DNA of 64,000 bases, taken from assembly GCA_964361595.1 (NCBI GenBank), contig CAYIAX010000001.1:32100-96099 (forward strand), given 5' to 3'. This stretch comes from an uncultured Candidatus Saccharibacteria bacterium (GTDB taxonomy: Bacteria; Patescibacteriota; Minisyncoccia; UBA6257; 2-01-FULL-56-20). A program made the translations under genes and the position numbers. Each line of letters begins with the position of its first letter. Position 1 is the first letter of the stretch. Below, piece by piece: positions 28,217 through 37,682 of this stretch. The notes under the pieces were generated by a model. It had not been told where the DNA came from and did no database searches. It saw nothing but the letters and a program-made list of their open reading frames with translations.

Positions 28217-29161
28217 ATGGTATACGACATTTATTTTCATGATGATTTTGACGGGCGCGCTTCGGCGGCGGTGCTTTGGGATTATTTAAAAAAACGGGGA
28301 GACGATATCAAGGGTTTTTATACAGTTGATTATGCGCTCGAACCGCGCTGGCCGAAGTTCAAATTCCCGCGGCCGGCGATTATTGTGGATTTTCTTTACC
28401 ATCCCAAAGCCGCGATGTGGTTCGATCACCATGTGATGCCGTTCCTTTTGCCTGCCTGGAAAAAATCTTTCCGGCGCACGAAAAATATGCATTGGGATTC
28501 GCGCTATGCTTCCTGTTGCCATTTTATTATGGACGAGCTTACGAAGTACCTTGGTTACCGCCCGCCGGTGCATATCCGCGAATTGGCGAAATGGCTAGAC
28601 GTAATTGACGGCGCGAATTACAAGTCGGCCAGGCAAGTGATTGAAATGAAAGAAGCGCCGATTCAGCTCGCGTATTTCATCGAAGGCAGGGGCAAAAAGG
28701 GCGATCCGAAGACGTGGCTCATAAAATTGTTGGCGGAAATGCCTTTAGGGGAGATCGTCAAAGTGCCGCGCGTAGCAAAAACCATAAGCCGGATCCGCAA
28801 AGATCTCACAAGCTCGCTTGCATACTACCGCGCGCATTCCGAAGTAAACGGCAAAACGGTTTTTACCAATGTTACCGAACACACCGGGCTTAAGGTCAGG
28901 TTTGCCCCTTTTTATCTTTTTCCAACTTGCGTTTATAGTCTTACGCTCAAGCGTGAGCGGGGCGGCAATTATCATTTGACTGTGGGCGCAAGCCCCTGGC
29001 GAAGAGAAGAGAATGGATTTCACATCGGCAAATTCATGCATGAGCGTTTCGGCGGCGGGGGACATAAAAACGTCGGCGGCGCTGATATCCAGAGTGGAAA
29101 ACGGGCCTTGGCCATTACACGCGAAATTATAAAATTCTTGCTTAAGCGTTATGGCTGGTAA
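28217..29161 (+). CDS. DHH/DHHA1-family phosphoesterase (NrnA-like nanoRNase / pAp phosphatase)
   Basis: 314 aa. HDDFDG (motif I), FDHH (DHH motif), GGGH in the DHHA1 domain. Confidence 0.6.
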   Translation: MVYDIYFHDDFDGRASAAVLWDYLKKRGDDIKGFYTVDYALEPRWPKFKFPRPAIIVDFLYHPKAAMWFDHHVMPFLLPAWKKSFRRTKNMHWDSRYASCCHFIMDELTKYLGYRPPVHIRELAKWLDVIDGANYKSARQVIEMKEAPIQLAYFIEGRGKKGDPKTWLIKLLAEMPLGEIVKVPRVAKTISRIRKDLTSSLAYYRAHSEVNGKTVFTNVTEHTGLKVRFAPFYLFPTCVYSLTLKRERGGNYHLTVGASPWRREENGFHIGKFMHERFGGGGHKNVGGADIQSGKRALAITREIIKFLLKRYGW

Positions 29162-29756
29162 AAAAAAATTTTATGCGTATTTTGTCCCAGGCAAAGGACA
29201 AGGTATAGCTGATAACTGGGCGGATTGCGAAACCAAAGTGAAAGGCGTGCCGAATGCTCGTTATCGTGCGTTCGGTGATCGGAAAGCCGCGGAAGTTTGG
29301 CTCCACGGAGGAGCCGCTTATGGGAAAAGATCGGCGCCGAAGCTTTTGCCGGGAGTGTATTTCGACGCCGGCACCGGCCGGGGTAAAGGGGTTGAAATTA
29401 AGGTAACGGACGCGCGCGGAGAGAATCTTTTGCCCGTCGTGCTGCGGAGAAAGCAACTTACGCCGTTTGGAACATATGAACTTGCGAATGTTACTAATAA
29501 CTACGGGGAACTTTTTGCTTGCAAAGCGGCGATGCAAATTGCGCTGAAGCAGGAAAGCCGCCGCGTTTTCGGCGACAGCGCCCTCGTTGTGAAATACTGG
29601 TCGCGGGGAGTTTATAAAAAAAATCAGCTGGGCTCGGAAACGATTAAACTGATCAAAGCCACGGCTCGGGTTCGGAAGCAATTTGAAACAAAAAGAGGCA
29701 AATTGGCGCTTATCTCCGGTGGTCATAATCCGGCGGATCTAGGTTTTCACCGCTAA
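29151..29756 (+). CDS. rnhA: ribonuclease HI with N-terminal RNA/DNA hybrid-binding domain
   Basis: 201 aa. N-terminal KKFYAYFVPGKGQGI ... VKGVPNARYRAF ... AEVWL matches the RNase H1 / caulimovirus HBD fold. The catalytic residues are D (YFDAG), E (NNYGELFA) and D (GDS). Confidence 0.7.
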   Translation: MAGKKKFYAYFVPGKGQGIADNWADCETKVKGVPNARYRAFGDRKAAEVWLHGGAAYGKRSAPKLLPGVYFDAGTGRGKGVEIKVTDARGENLLPVVLRRKQLTPFGTYELANVTNNYGELFACKAAMQIALKQESRRVFGDSALVVKYWSRGVYKKNQLGSETIKLIKATARVRKQFETKRGKLALISGGHNPADLGFHR

Positions 29757-29766
29757 AATCACACCG

Positions 29767-29794
29767 TTGACTTTTTTGCTTTCCGGCGTATAAT
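29767..29794 (+). promoter_or_regulatory. promoter TTGACT-N16-TATAAT for rnpB
   Basis: TTGACT at 29767-29772, TATAAT at 29789-29794. Confidence 0.55.
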
Positions 29795-29800
29795 AGCCAC

Positions 29801-30408
29801 GGGTACTTCAGGCGATTACTCCCGGCTTAGCCGGGAGAGGAAAGTCGGGACACTCACTGATTTCTTTTAAGAAAGATTAATCCTTAAAAGAGACCGGTCA
29901 AAAAGGTATCCGCTAACGGCGGACCACCGCAAGGTGAAAGGTGCGAACAGAGACGCCGAACATCGAAAGGTGTGAGGCGCCCCCCCCGGTTTATACGAGG
30001 GGGGTGAGCGAAGTTATAAGAAGGGGTCCTCCTTCGCCGCAAGGCTTCGAAGGATCTTCGCGAAGGCTTCGATGAAACGGCAAAATCCTTACCGAGTGCA
30101 AGGCCGTACTCCAGTGCGTAGCACTGGAAATTCGAAATTCGAATATCGAAATTCGAAACAATAAACCGCTTTGGAATTTGTTTCGTGCTTCGGATTTAGA
30201 ACTTCGTGCTTCCAACGCTGCGCATTGGTTTGTGCCGCTTGAGCCTGAGAGCAATCGAGGGCCCAGATAAATGATCGCGCCGGTTTACTCGAGTTTACGA
30301 GAAAGTTGATACCCGCCTTCGTCCTTCGGACTTTGGCGAGGTCTCAATTTACTAGCTCGCTAAGCTCGCAGTAAATTGGACAGAATCCCGCTTACGAAGT
30401 GCCACGAT
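29801..30408 (+). ncRNA. rnpB: RNase P RNA (bacterial type-A-like, expanded to ~608 nt)
   Basis: P1 pairing GGUACUUC / GAAGUGCC. P3 hairpin CCCGGCUUAGCCGGG. P4 5' strand GAGGAAAGUCGGGAC and P4 3' strand ACAGAAUCCCGCUUAC. CR-II/III-like AAGGUGAAAGGUGCG-AACAGAGACGCC. Terminator at 30409-30443. Confidence 0.78.
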
Positions 30409-30443
30409 CCTCACATCTGATTCAGGTGTGGGGATTTGTTTTT
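30409..30443 (+). terminator. intrinsic terminator after rnpB
   Basis: CCTCACATC / GGTGTGGGG stem followed by ATTTGTTTTTGG. Confidence 0.55.
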
Positions 30444-30533
30444 GGATAAAAAGCAAACAGCAAACACAAAGCCAAGCCGGACCATGCAGGAATAAAAAAA
30501 CCGGCTGCAAGGGCAACCGGGTAAGTTAGATGG

Positions 30534-31025
30534 CTAGACGGGAATATGGCAGAGCGCCCGCTCGAAAATGATCTTCTCAACCAGATCGCGCTCCAGGTCT
30601 TCATAACGAGAAGGATCGTAATACCCCTCGATTCTATTCTGCCGAACGACGAAGCTGTCCGGGTGGAATAAAACCGTGAAAACCAAAGCGCCGGGATGAG
30701 CGCGAGAGCTGATCTCAAAGCTTCCGGGGCCGGGTATCCACGCGTAAAGCCCGACAAAACCCGGTTCGACAAGATTGATCTGGATGCCGGATTGGCTTTG
30801 CGCAACTGCCTCGAGGAGCTTATTGCGTAGCCGGACGAGCAGCTTCCGCAGTTCAGTTTGCTCGTCCTGGCGGCGCAAGTACTCGTTCCACTGCCGGTCG
30901 TGTCGCGCCATTGCCGCGGCCATTTCTTGATCGCTCAATCGCCGCCGTCGCCGCTCATGTAAACCCCACGTCAGGCTCGCCGCAGTGAGGAGCGCCATCG
31001 CGGCAGTTCCTAAAAGCGAAAACAT
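30534..31025 (-). CDS. membrane-anchored hypothetical protein, high GC
   Basis: Best start is the ATG at 31025, with a GAGAGGTGGGAAG Shine-Dalgarno. N-terminal TM/signal segment. GC about 58%. Confidence 0.45.
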   Translation of the reverse strand: MFSLLGTAAMALLTAASLTWGLHERRRRRLSDQEMAAAMARHDRQWNEYLRRQDEQTELRKLLVRLRNKLLEAVAQSQSGIQINLVEPGFVGLYAWIPGPGSFEISSRAHPGALVFTVLFHPDSFVVRQNRIEGYYDPSRYEDLERDLVEKIIFERALCHIPV

Positions 31026-31149
31026 CTTCCCACCTCTCTTTCGATTAAATGGCCTAACCGGAGAAAGACCTGCCTGCAATATAGGCCAACTTGGTGTTTT
31101 TAACAAATTATTGCCGCGGAGGTCGATTGCGTTCGAAAATTCGTCAAAA

Positions 31150-31185
31150 GTTCACGGTGCTATGCTATAGCATAGCACCGTGAAC
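31150..31185. repeat. palindromic repeat family copy a (36-nt perfect palindrome, core GTGCTATGCTATAGCATAGCAC)
   Basis: GTTCACGGTGCTATGCTATAGCATAGCACCGTGAAC. Confidence 0.8.
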
Positions 31186-31323
31186 CGGCATCTTTAAACC
31201 TATGCCTTTTATTTTGTAGAATACCTCGCGGCTGCTGCGCGGCGATTATTTACGTAATTCCGTACGTAAATAATTCGCCTTGCCAATCAGCATTGATCCG
31301 CGGTTTTTGGTATGCTTAAGACG

Positions 31324-32121
31324 ATGACAAAAATGAAGGTAGGCGTTTTTACAGCAATTGCAGTTATAATCGTAGGCGCTCTCACCACGTGGTTCCTTAA
31401 GCGTTCGCGCGAGGAGCATGTCTATGTTCCGCCGGCTCCAATCGAAGTTACAGATGAGCTGGTTAAAAAAATAATTCCTGGACTTATCCCCGCGGGCCAC
31501 GAAAAAGATAAGGTAAAAATTCTCGTGGAAGATTTGGACGGGAACGGCACGAAAGATATCGTTCTAAGTTCAGCTGTGCCGCCCGATCCGGAGCTGGGCA
31601 TAACGGAGGCGAAAATCACGATCGTCGAACCTACGGATACAAACGGCAATTATAAATTGGTGGCCGAGTATCCGTTTGTCGAACGCCGGGACAGTATGCC
31701 GTATGCAACAAATGCCCTCGATTTCGATGCGGACGGCCGGAAGGAGCTTTTGGTTCGCACTGGTTTCGGCGGGGCATACACCAATGAAAGCGCCTTATTT
31801 AAAATCAATTGGGATTCGAAAACGCTTACCTGGACCAAAGCCGGCTTTCCGGACGGTTCAAAAGAACTTCTGGGTTTGCTGCAGGGCGCATCCGTGAAAA
31901 ATTATGCTGATTTCGCTCTGGTTGATCTGGATAGCGATCGCACGCTTGAAATCGTGGTTAAGGGAGCGTCTCTCGTCGACGAGGCTGGCAACAGCTTGGA
32001 TCCAAAAAATTGGGAATGGAACATCTTAATCTACAAATGGAACGGCGAATTTTTTGCCTACAAACCCGATCTCACAAAAGCAAATGTCGATAAATTCAAA
32101 AATTTTACGCCCGGGGAATGA
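31324..32121 (+). CDS. membrane-anchored protein with FG-GAP/VCBS-like Asp-rich repeats
   Basis: DLDGNGTKDIV, DFDADGRKELLV, DLDSDRTLEIVV repeats. The likely leaderless start is at 31324, with an extended -10 TGgTATGCT at 31309-31317. The ORF track gives 31312. Confidence 0.45.
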   Translation: MTKMKVGVFTAIAVIIVGALTTWFLKRSREEHVYVPPAPIEVTDELVKKIIPGLIPAGHEKDKVKILVEDLDGNGTKDIVLSSAVPPDPELGITEAKITIVEPTDTNGNYKLVAEYPFVERRDSMPYATNALDFDADGRKELLVRTGFGGAYTNESALFKINWDSKTLTWTKAGFPDGSKELLGLLQGASVKNYADFALVDLDSDRTLEIVVKGASLVDEAGNSLDPKNWEWNILIYKWNGEFFAYKPDLTKANVDKFKNFTPGE

Positions 32122-32157
32122 TTTTGCGTAAAATTCAGATTATGATTTACTGAACTT

Positions 32158-32571
32158 ATGCAAGAAGGACCGAGGCCAGATAAAGATGCACATACGGATC
32201 GAGAGGCCCAAAAGATCGGGGAAGAGTTCGCAGCTTTAAAATTGCAGGAATGGCTTGAATCCGGCCGGCGCGCGGAACACGAGCGCCGCGGCGTCGGCCA
32301 CAGCCTAATCCAGATGCGCGCGTTGCGGCAGGCGCTTACGGATTTAATCGGCGATCATAAAATCCCCGCCGATTTGGAGTCGGGGAAAGTCAGCGGTTAT
32401 TTAGACGAAAATGTTACCGAGGAAAAGCCCGAAATTAAGGCGCGAGTACTCGTGACGAAGCAGATGCTCGACGACTTAGATCGAGATGGCCTTTTGCCGA
32501 GGGATCAGACTGTTGCGGAGCTTGCAGATTTTTTGGAGCGGGAACTGCGCAAGCTTGAACCTGAACATTAG
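32158..32571 (+). CDS. hypothetical charged protein
   Basis: 137-aa ORF. Confidence 0.35.
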   Translation: MQEGPRPDKDAHTDREAQKIGEEFAALKLQEWLESGRRAEHERRGVGHSLIQMRALRQALTDLIGDHKIPADLESGKVSGYLDENVTEEKPEIKARVLVTKQMLDDLDRDGLLPRDQTVAELADFLERELRKLEPEH

Positions 32572-32739
32572 ATGATTAAGCGTAAAGGCGGCAAATACGT
32601 CGTTTTATCCGAGAAGACGGGGCGCTCGTTTGGCACCTACGTAACCAAAGCTGAAGCCGAGCGGCGGCTGCGGCAAATCGAATTTTTCAAACATCTCAAA
32701 GCCAAGGGAAAAGCTAAAAATGCAAAAAAGCGAAGCTGA
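32572..32739 (+). CDS. small basic protein (55 aa), hypothetical
   Basis: ATG directly after the previous stop. Lys/Arg-rich. Overlaps the msrB start. Below the ORF-track cutoff. Confidence 0.25.
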   Translation: MIKRKGGKYVVLSEKTGRSFGTYVTKAEAERRLRQIEFFKHLKAKGKAKNAKKRS

Positions 32740-33133
32740 CTGGAAAAAAGAACTTACGCCCGAGCAGTATCGCGTGATGCGGGAGCGGGGGACAGAGGCG
32801 CCGTTTACGGGTAAGTACGCGCACAATAAAGAAACGGGGATGTATAAATGCGCGGCCTGCGGGCATGATTTGTTCTCGTCCGACACGAAATTCGACTCCG
32901 GCACAGGCTGGCCCAGTTTTACCTCGCCCGCGGCTAAAGCGAATATCAAAGAACAGGTGGACACGAGCCACGGAATGACGCGCACAGAAGTTCTTTGCGC
33001 GAACTGCGGCGCGCACTTGGGGCACGTGTTCGCTGACGGCCCAAAAACTTTGCCGACGGGCAAGCCGGGTACTGGCAAGCGTTATTGCATTAATTCGGTT
33101 TGCTTGGATTTGGAGAAAGAAAGAAAACAATGA
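32720..33133 (+). CDS. msrB: peptide-methionine (R)-S-oxide reductase MsrB
   Basis: 137 aa. Two CxxC pairs (CAACGH ... CANCGAH) and the GWPSF motif. Confidence 0.88.
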   Translation: MQKSEADWKKELTPEQYRVMRERGTEAPFTGKYAHNKETGMYKCAACGHDLFSSDTKFDSGTGWPSFTSPAAKANIKEQVDTSHGMTRTEVLCANCGAHLGHVFADGPKTLPTGKPGTGKRYCINSVCLDLEKERKQ

Positions 33134-33744
33134 AAATAAAAGTTATTATTCCGGTAATTCTGCTTGTGCTTGCGGCCGTAGGCGGCTGGTATTTCTTTCT
33201 GCGCTCCGAGCCGTTCAAACCAGGCTTGATTGTTGCGCTTGGCGATGACTTAACCGCTGGCTTTGGGGTGGGGCCGGATGAGAATTATGTGGCGGTGCTG
33301 TCGAAAACTTTGGGTCTGGAAGTGGTGAACGCCGGCAAAAATGGCGATACAACGGAGACTGCGCTCACGCGTTTGGATACCGATGTGCGCGCGTTAAACC
33401 CTCGGGTTGTTATTGTGCTCTTGGGCGGCAACGATATTCTGCGTGGTTTTGCTCCGCAAGAAGTTGAACAGAGACTCGCGAGTATCGTGCAAAAATTGCA
33501 AATCGGCGGCGCGCGTGTTTTGCTTTTAGGCGTTCGCGGCGGCGCTTATAAACATGATTACGATACAGTTTATAATCGCGTAGCTAGCACAAGCCAAGCG
33601 GCGTATCTACCCAATATCTTAGAAGGAATTGTTGATAATGCTGAATTGATGGCCGACCCTATACATCCAAATGCGAACGGCCATAAAAAAATTGCGGAGC
33701 GTATGGAAAAGAGATTGCGCGATATGCTGAAAGTAATAAAATAG
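33130..33744 (+). CDS. SGNH/GDSL-family hydrolase with N-terminal membrane anchor
   Basis: GDDLTAG (block I), GKNGDTT (block II), GGND (block III), and a C-terminal DPIHPN (DxxH). A GGAGAAAG Shine-Dalgarno precedes the ATG at 33130. Confidence 0.65.
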   Translation: MKIKVIIPVILLVLAAVGGWYFFLRSEPFKPGLIVALGDDLTAGFGVGPDENYVAVLSKTLGLEVVNAGKNGDTTETALTRLDTDVRALNPRVVIVLLGGNDILRGFAPQEVEQRLASIVQKLQIGGARVLLLGVRGGAYKHDYDTVYNRVASTSQAAYLPNILEGIVDNAELMADPIHPNANGHKKIAERMEKRLRDMLKVIK

Positions 33745-34073
33745 CATCAAGTTGGGCTTTACCACGATAATCAGCCATGGCTAATTATTGTGGTAATAAA
33801 ATATTGGAAAAACAAGAGGCTTGTAGCCAGCCAGCTTATCCACAACCAGTTCGGCTTGATTTTGCTATACTAAAACTTAGAATCCGCGTATATCTGCGTT
33901 CAATCTGCGTTTATCTGCGTCTGATTATCCGCGTTTATCCCTGCCTGCCGGCAGGCAGGCGCGCAGAAATCCGCGTAATCAGCGATTGTTGCAAAGCAAC
34001 AATGATTAGATGTAATAACTAGAAACGACAGGCCGTCATAAATAGTGAAAGGTCGCAAAGATACATAAAAATC

Positions 34074-34958
34074 ATGAAAAAAACAATTACGGCGCTAACG
34101 ATCGCAGTGCTTTTGGGAGGCCTGGGAACCGTGGCTAGTGCGCAAACAACCACGTCCACAGCAACTTCTTCCGCAAGCGCTCTACTCGAACAGCTAAAGA
34201 GGCAAGTGGAAAGCCTTCAGAGCCAGTTGCAGGCGGCACAAGCTACCAAACAGGAAATTATTGGTACTTTGCGGCTTTTGCGCGAGCTCCGCGAAGGCAT
34301 GTCGGGCGACGATGTCCGCATGCTGCAGCAAATTTTAGCGACAGACCCGCAAATCTATCCCGAAGGGAAAATTACCGGCTATTTCGGAAAGCTGACAGCC
34401 AAGGCTGTAAAGATGTTCCAGAAGAAAGCCGGCATTTCGCAGGTCGGACGTGTCGGACCGCAAACTCTCTCGAAGCTCAATGAGCTTCTGACCGAAGGCG
34501 CGGGCAACTCCGGCAAAGTTCCTCCGGGACTTTTGATCGCTCCGGGCATCGCGAAAAAGTTGGGTTATTCGCCCCAGCCCTTGCCGGGCCAGGTATTGCC
34601 TCCGGGCATCTTGAAAAAATTAGGCCAAGGTGGAGCAACCTCGACGCCGACTTCGACGCCTGACCTCATTGCACCGGTTATCTCTGCAGTAAGCGCAACG
34701 AGCACGACTTCGAGTTCGGTGACGATCGTTTGGACGACGGACGAAAGCGCGACGAGCAAAGTCTGGTATGCAACTTCCTCTCCGGTTGTGGCGACGAGCA
34801 CGACCGCATCGGTCAGCAATTCTGCATTGGTCACGAATCACTCGATCATGTTATCGGGACTTGTGAACAACACGAATTACTACTACTTGGTGCAGTCGGC
34901 TGATGCGGCGATGAATACCACGACCTCCGCGCAGTCCTCCTTCGCGACGCTTCCCTAG
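34074..34958 (+). CDS. secreted protein with peptidoglycan-binding (PG_binding_1) domain and C-terminal FN3-like domain
   Basis: Signal peptide. DVRMLQQILATD ... GYFGKLTAKAVKMFQKKAGI. A Ser/Thr-rich linker and a beta-rich C-terminus (TIVWTTDESATSKVWY ... NYYYLVQSADAAMN). Confidence 0.55.
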   Translation: MKKTITALTIAVLLGGLGTVASAQTTTSTATSSASALLEQLKRQVESLQSQLQAAQATKQEIIGTLRLLRELREGMSGDDVRMLQQILATDPQIYPEGKITGYFGKLTAKAVKMFQKKAGISQVGRVGPQTLSKLNELLTEGAGNSGKVPPGLLIAPGIAKKLGYSPQPLPGQVLPPGILKKLGQGGATSTPTSTPDLIAPVISAVSATSTTSSSVTIVWTTDESATSKVWYATSSPVVATSTTASVSNSALVTNHSIMLSGLVNNTNYYYLVQSADAAMNTTTSAQSSFATLP

Positions 34959-35029
34959 TTACTAATCCTACGAATGTCCGATCCGAATTAATTCGGAGCA
35001 TTCGTATTAGTGTAGTAAGGAGCGTTGCA

Positions 35030-35066
35030 AATCCCCGTCATTATGACGGGGATTTGTTATTTTTGT
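35030..35066 (+). terminator. intrinsic terminator
   Basis: AAATCCCCGTCAT / ATGACGGGGATTT followed by GTTATTTTTG. Confidence 0.7.
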
Positions 35067-35630
35067 CTTTAAGCAAAAATATCCTGAGCTTGTCGAAGGA
35101 TTTCGCAAATGGGACTCATAATTGTGCTTTTCGCCCGGACATTTTTACCCGCTTTGATTTGGCGGTTTCGTTTGGGCGGCGGCATCGCAGCAATCGTGGT
35201 GGTCGTCTTGATCGTCGTGCCCAAGTTTTTTCATGAATATCTTCTGCATGTCCGGCAAATTTCCCTCGGCCAGGGATTCAAAACAGTTCTAACCTCTTTT
35301 GAGGCTAGACATCATTTGTAGCGTTATGCACATGGGAGCTCTAGCAGAAAAGATTTATACTGAAATCAGGAAGGAGGTCGCCCGCCTATGCATAGCGGAA
35401 TTCGTGCTGCCTGCGTCGGCCACTCCGTCATCTAAGAAGGAGGTGATCCCAATCTGCTTCGCGCCACGGCCCGGGCGCGTCGTAAACCACGTAGCTGGCA
35501 GGGCAAATCCGGGGCGGAGTTTCTCTGCCCCATTTTCTTCTTGCCTTGCAAGAAGCGCGGACTGGCGCAGACCTTACGCGGAAGAACGCGGAAATGCGCG
35601 TTATTTAAATAACTTTCAATATTAAACAAA

Positions 35631-35897
35631 ATGAATAGACCAGAACCGCAATTATCCGAAGCGGCCAAAACTCTCCCCAGAGGCATTTACGAGCATTTTC
35701 GCGGCAACCGTTACCGTCTCCTCGAGATAGCTTTCAATTCGGAAACGCTGGAAGAATTGGTTATCTATGAAGCGCAGTACGGCGACCATCCTATTTTTGC
35801 GCGCCCGCTCGGGTCTTTTTTAGAAACTGTCGAACTTGAAGAAAAAATAATTCCTCGCTTCAGGTTTTTAGGTAATAGTATAGATCAAGTGCAATAA
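35631..35897 (+). CDS. DUF1653-family protein
   Basis: 88 aa. YEHFRGNRYRLLEIAFNSETLEELVIYEAQYGD ... matches the DUF1653 core. Confidence 0.55.
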   Translation: MNRPEPQLSEAAKTLPRGIYEHFRGNRYRLLEIAFNSETLEELVIYEAQYGDHPIFARPLGSFLETVELEEKIIPRFRFLGNSIDQVQ

Positions 35898-35969
35898 AAA
35901 CGCCCCTCGGTCGGCGGCTAATGGGAACGAAAAGTAGTGAGTAAAGCTTAAATTAAGTATAATAAGAAT

Positions 35970-36248
35970 ATGCCTTTCGACCTCGACCGCGAGAAGTTCA
36001 AGCAAGAGCGGCAAGCATTACAGCGCGAGCTGCGCGAACGAACGGTGGGGTATTTGACCGCCGCTTTGGGCCTGGTGGCCGGTTTGGCTTGGAACGAAGC
36101 GGTGAAGGCCTTGATTGAAACTGTTGTACCCGAAGGGAAGAATTCGCTTTTGGCTAAATTCATTTATGCGGGAGGGGTAACATTGATCGTGGTGGTGATT
36201 ACTATTTACCTCGTGCGGTGGGCGAAAAAAGACGAAACGCCAAAATGA
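35970..36248 (+). CDS. small membrane protein, hypothetical
   Basis: 92 aa with two TM helices. Confidence 0.4.
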   Translation: MPFDLDREKFKQERQALQRELRERTVGYLTAALGLVAGLAWNEAVKALIETVVPEGKNSLLAKFIYAGGVTLIVVVITIYLVRWAKKDETPK

Positions 36249-37297
36249 CCAACAAGCTTGCGGTTGTCATTGTTATCGTCATTATCATAGCTGCAGCTGC
36301 GTTTTATTTCCTCACGAGAAAACCGGAGATCGCCGTTCTGGGGACCGTGATTTCAAAAAATGAAACTCTTCCCGTCTGCACTTGGAAAACGCAAAGCTTT
36401 TGTGTAAACGTATCCAAAACTGTGGTCATAAAAACCGCTGCGGGCAAGGAGGTAAAGCTGGCCCTACAAGCCGAGGCTAAAGTTTTTAACGAAAACGGCA
36501 ATGAGGCCGACTTCGATTATCTGCGCCCGACATTCGAAATCGAAGCCACGGGAAAGCAAGGCAAAACAGATTTTAAAGCTCGGCAGGTTAGGGTTATGCG
36601 CGCGCCGAGGATTATCGTAACTGCGCCGTTGCCGGATAGCGCTGTCGGCCTGCCGCTCGTTTTAAAGGGGGAGGCGATGGTTTTTGAAAATACTTTTAAT
36701 TACCGCCTTAAGGATGCAAGCGGCAAAATTTTAAAAACAGGTTTTGGCATGACCCAAGCCAAGGATGTCGGCATCTACGGTGAATTTACGGTAGACATCA
36801 TTTATCCCAAGCCGAATATAAACACGGGAATCTTGGAGGTATTTGAAATTAACGCTCAAGACGGAACGGAAATTGAAAAAGTTGCGGTGCCGGTGCGCTT
36901 CGAAACACCGGCAGGGCAAACCATCAAGGTATTTTTTCCGAAGGCCGATTCGGCCAACACCGATTGCGGCTTGGTTTATCCGCTCGATCGAAAAATTGCC
37001 CCCGGAGAAGATCCGGTTAACGGCGCGCTAGGCGAGTTGCTCGAGGGCGTAACCGCCGCTGAAGCCAAGCAGGGTTATTTAACCACAATCAATCCAGGGG
37101 TTCTGATTAAGGGTATCGAAATTAAATCCGGCATCGCGAGCGCGGATTTTACGGAAGAATTACAGCGGGGCGTGGGCGGTTCCTGTAAGGTAACCGCGAT
37201 CCGCGCGCAAATTACGGAAACTTTAAAACAATTTCCGGGCGTGAATCAGGTTGTGATCTCAATTGACGGCCGCAGCGAAGATATTCTCCAGCCGTAA
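36245..37297 (+). CDS. GerMN (sporulation/germination-like) domain protein with N-terminal Ig-like domain and membrane anchor
   Basis: C-terminal DC ... VYPL ... GAL ... LLEG ... SADFT ... GS ... QITETLKQFPGVNQVVISIDG pattern of the GerMN domain. The start is probably the ATG at 36245. Confidence 0.5.
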   Translation: MTNKLAVVIVIVIIIAAAAFYFLTRKPEIAVLGTVISKNETLPVCTWKTQSFCVNVSKTVVIKTAAGKEVKLALQAEAKVFNENGNEADFDYLRPTFEIEATGKQGKTDFKARQVRVMRAPRIIVTAPLPDSAVGLPLVLKGEAMVFENTFNYRLKDASGKILKTGFGMTQAKDVGIYGEFTVDIIYPKPNINTGILEVFEINAQDGTEIEKVAVPVRFETPAGQTIKVFFPKADSANTDCGLVYPLDRKIAPGEDPVNGALGELLEGVTAAEAKQGYLTTINPGVLIKGIEIKSGIASADFTEELQRGVGGSCKVTAIRAQITETLKQFPGVNQVVISIDGRSEDILQP

Positions 37298-37310
37298 TCC
37301 TTAGTAGGAT

Positions 37311-37682
37311 ATGCAAAGAATTTACTTATTGGCCGCGAAGATTTCTATTTCAGTTCTGTGCGTGATAACTATTTGGGCTTTACTTCTGCTTGCGGCAGTG
37401 TTTACTGGTTCGGAGATAATTTTATGGCCGGTTATTTTTTCGGCCTCTTTATTCAGATCATTGTTGACAACTAACGAATCCATTATTTTGGTCGTCCTTG
37501 CAATACCATTCATCGCTATGATCGGAGGCAGTTTTTTGCGGATGAAAGATTTGCCATTGGTTTGGAGGCGAATGGCTCGAGTTCTGTTTTATGCCGGACT
37601 TTTTCTAGCGATCTTATACATACTCTCAACTCTGATATTCTTGAGAATTAACTTCCTTAATTTTCGAAATCTGTCGCTTTAG
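37311..37682 (+). CDS. membrane protein, hypothetical
   Basis: 123 aa, 3-4 TM helices. Confidence 0.35.
   Translation: MQRIYLLAAKISISVLCVITIWALLLLAAVFTGSEIILWPVIFSASLFRSLLTTNESIILVVLAIPFIAMIGGSFLRMKDLPLVWRRMARVLFYAGLFLAILYILSTLIFLRINFLNFRNLSL

Noticed and set aside
29142-30805. ORFs overlapping rnhA and the RNase P RNA region (29142-29726 minus, 29991-30254 minus, 30422-30805 minus)
   Set aside because: They are antisense to a well-supported CDS or lie inside a structured RNA gene. No coding signal.
33880-33985. Tandem 8-mer repeats as a possible CRISPR array
   Set aside because: The units are only 8 nt with 2-6-nt gaps. There is no 25-40-nt repeat/spacer periodicity and no cas genes. More consistent with a binding-site array.
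35429-35441. AAGGAGGTGATCC, the exact complement of the 16S rRNA 3' tail, as a possible rRNA gene fragment
   Set aside because: Only a 13-nt match. The flanking sequence does not resemble helix 45 or the 16S terminus. More likely a Shine-Dalgarno-type element or chance.
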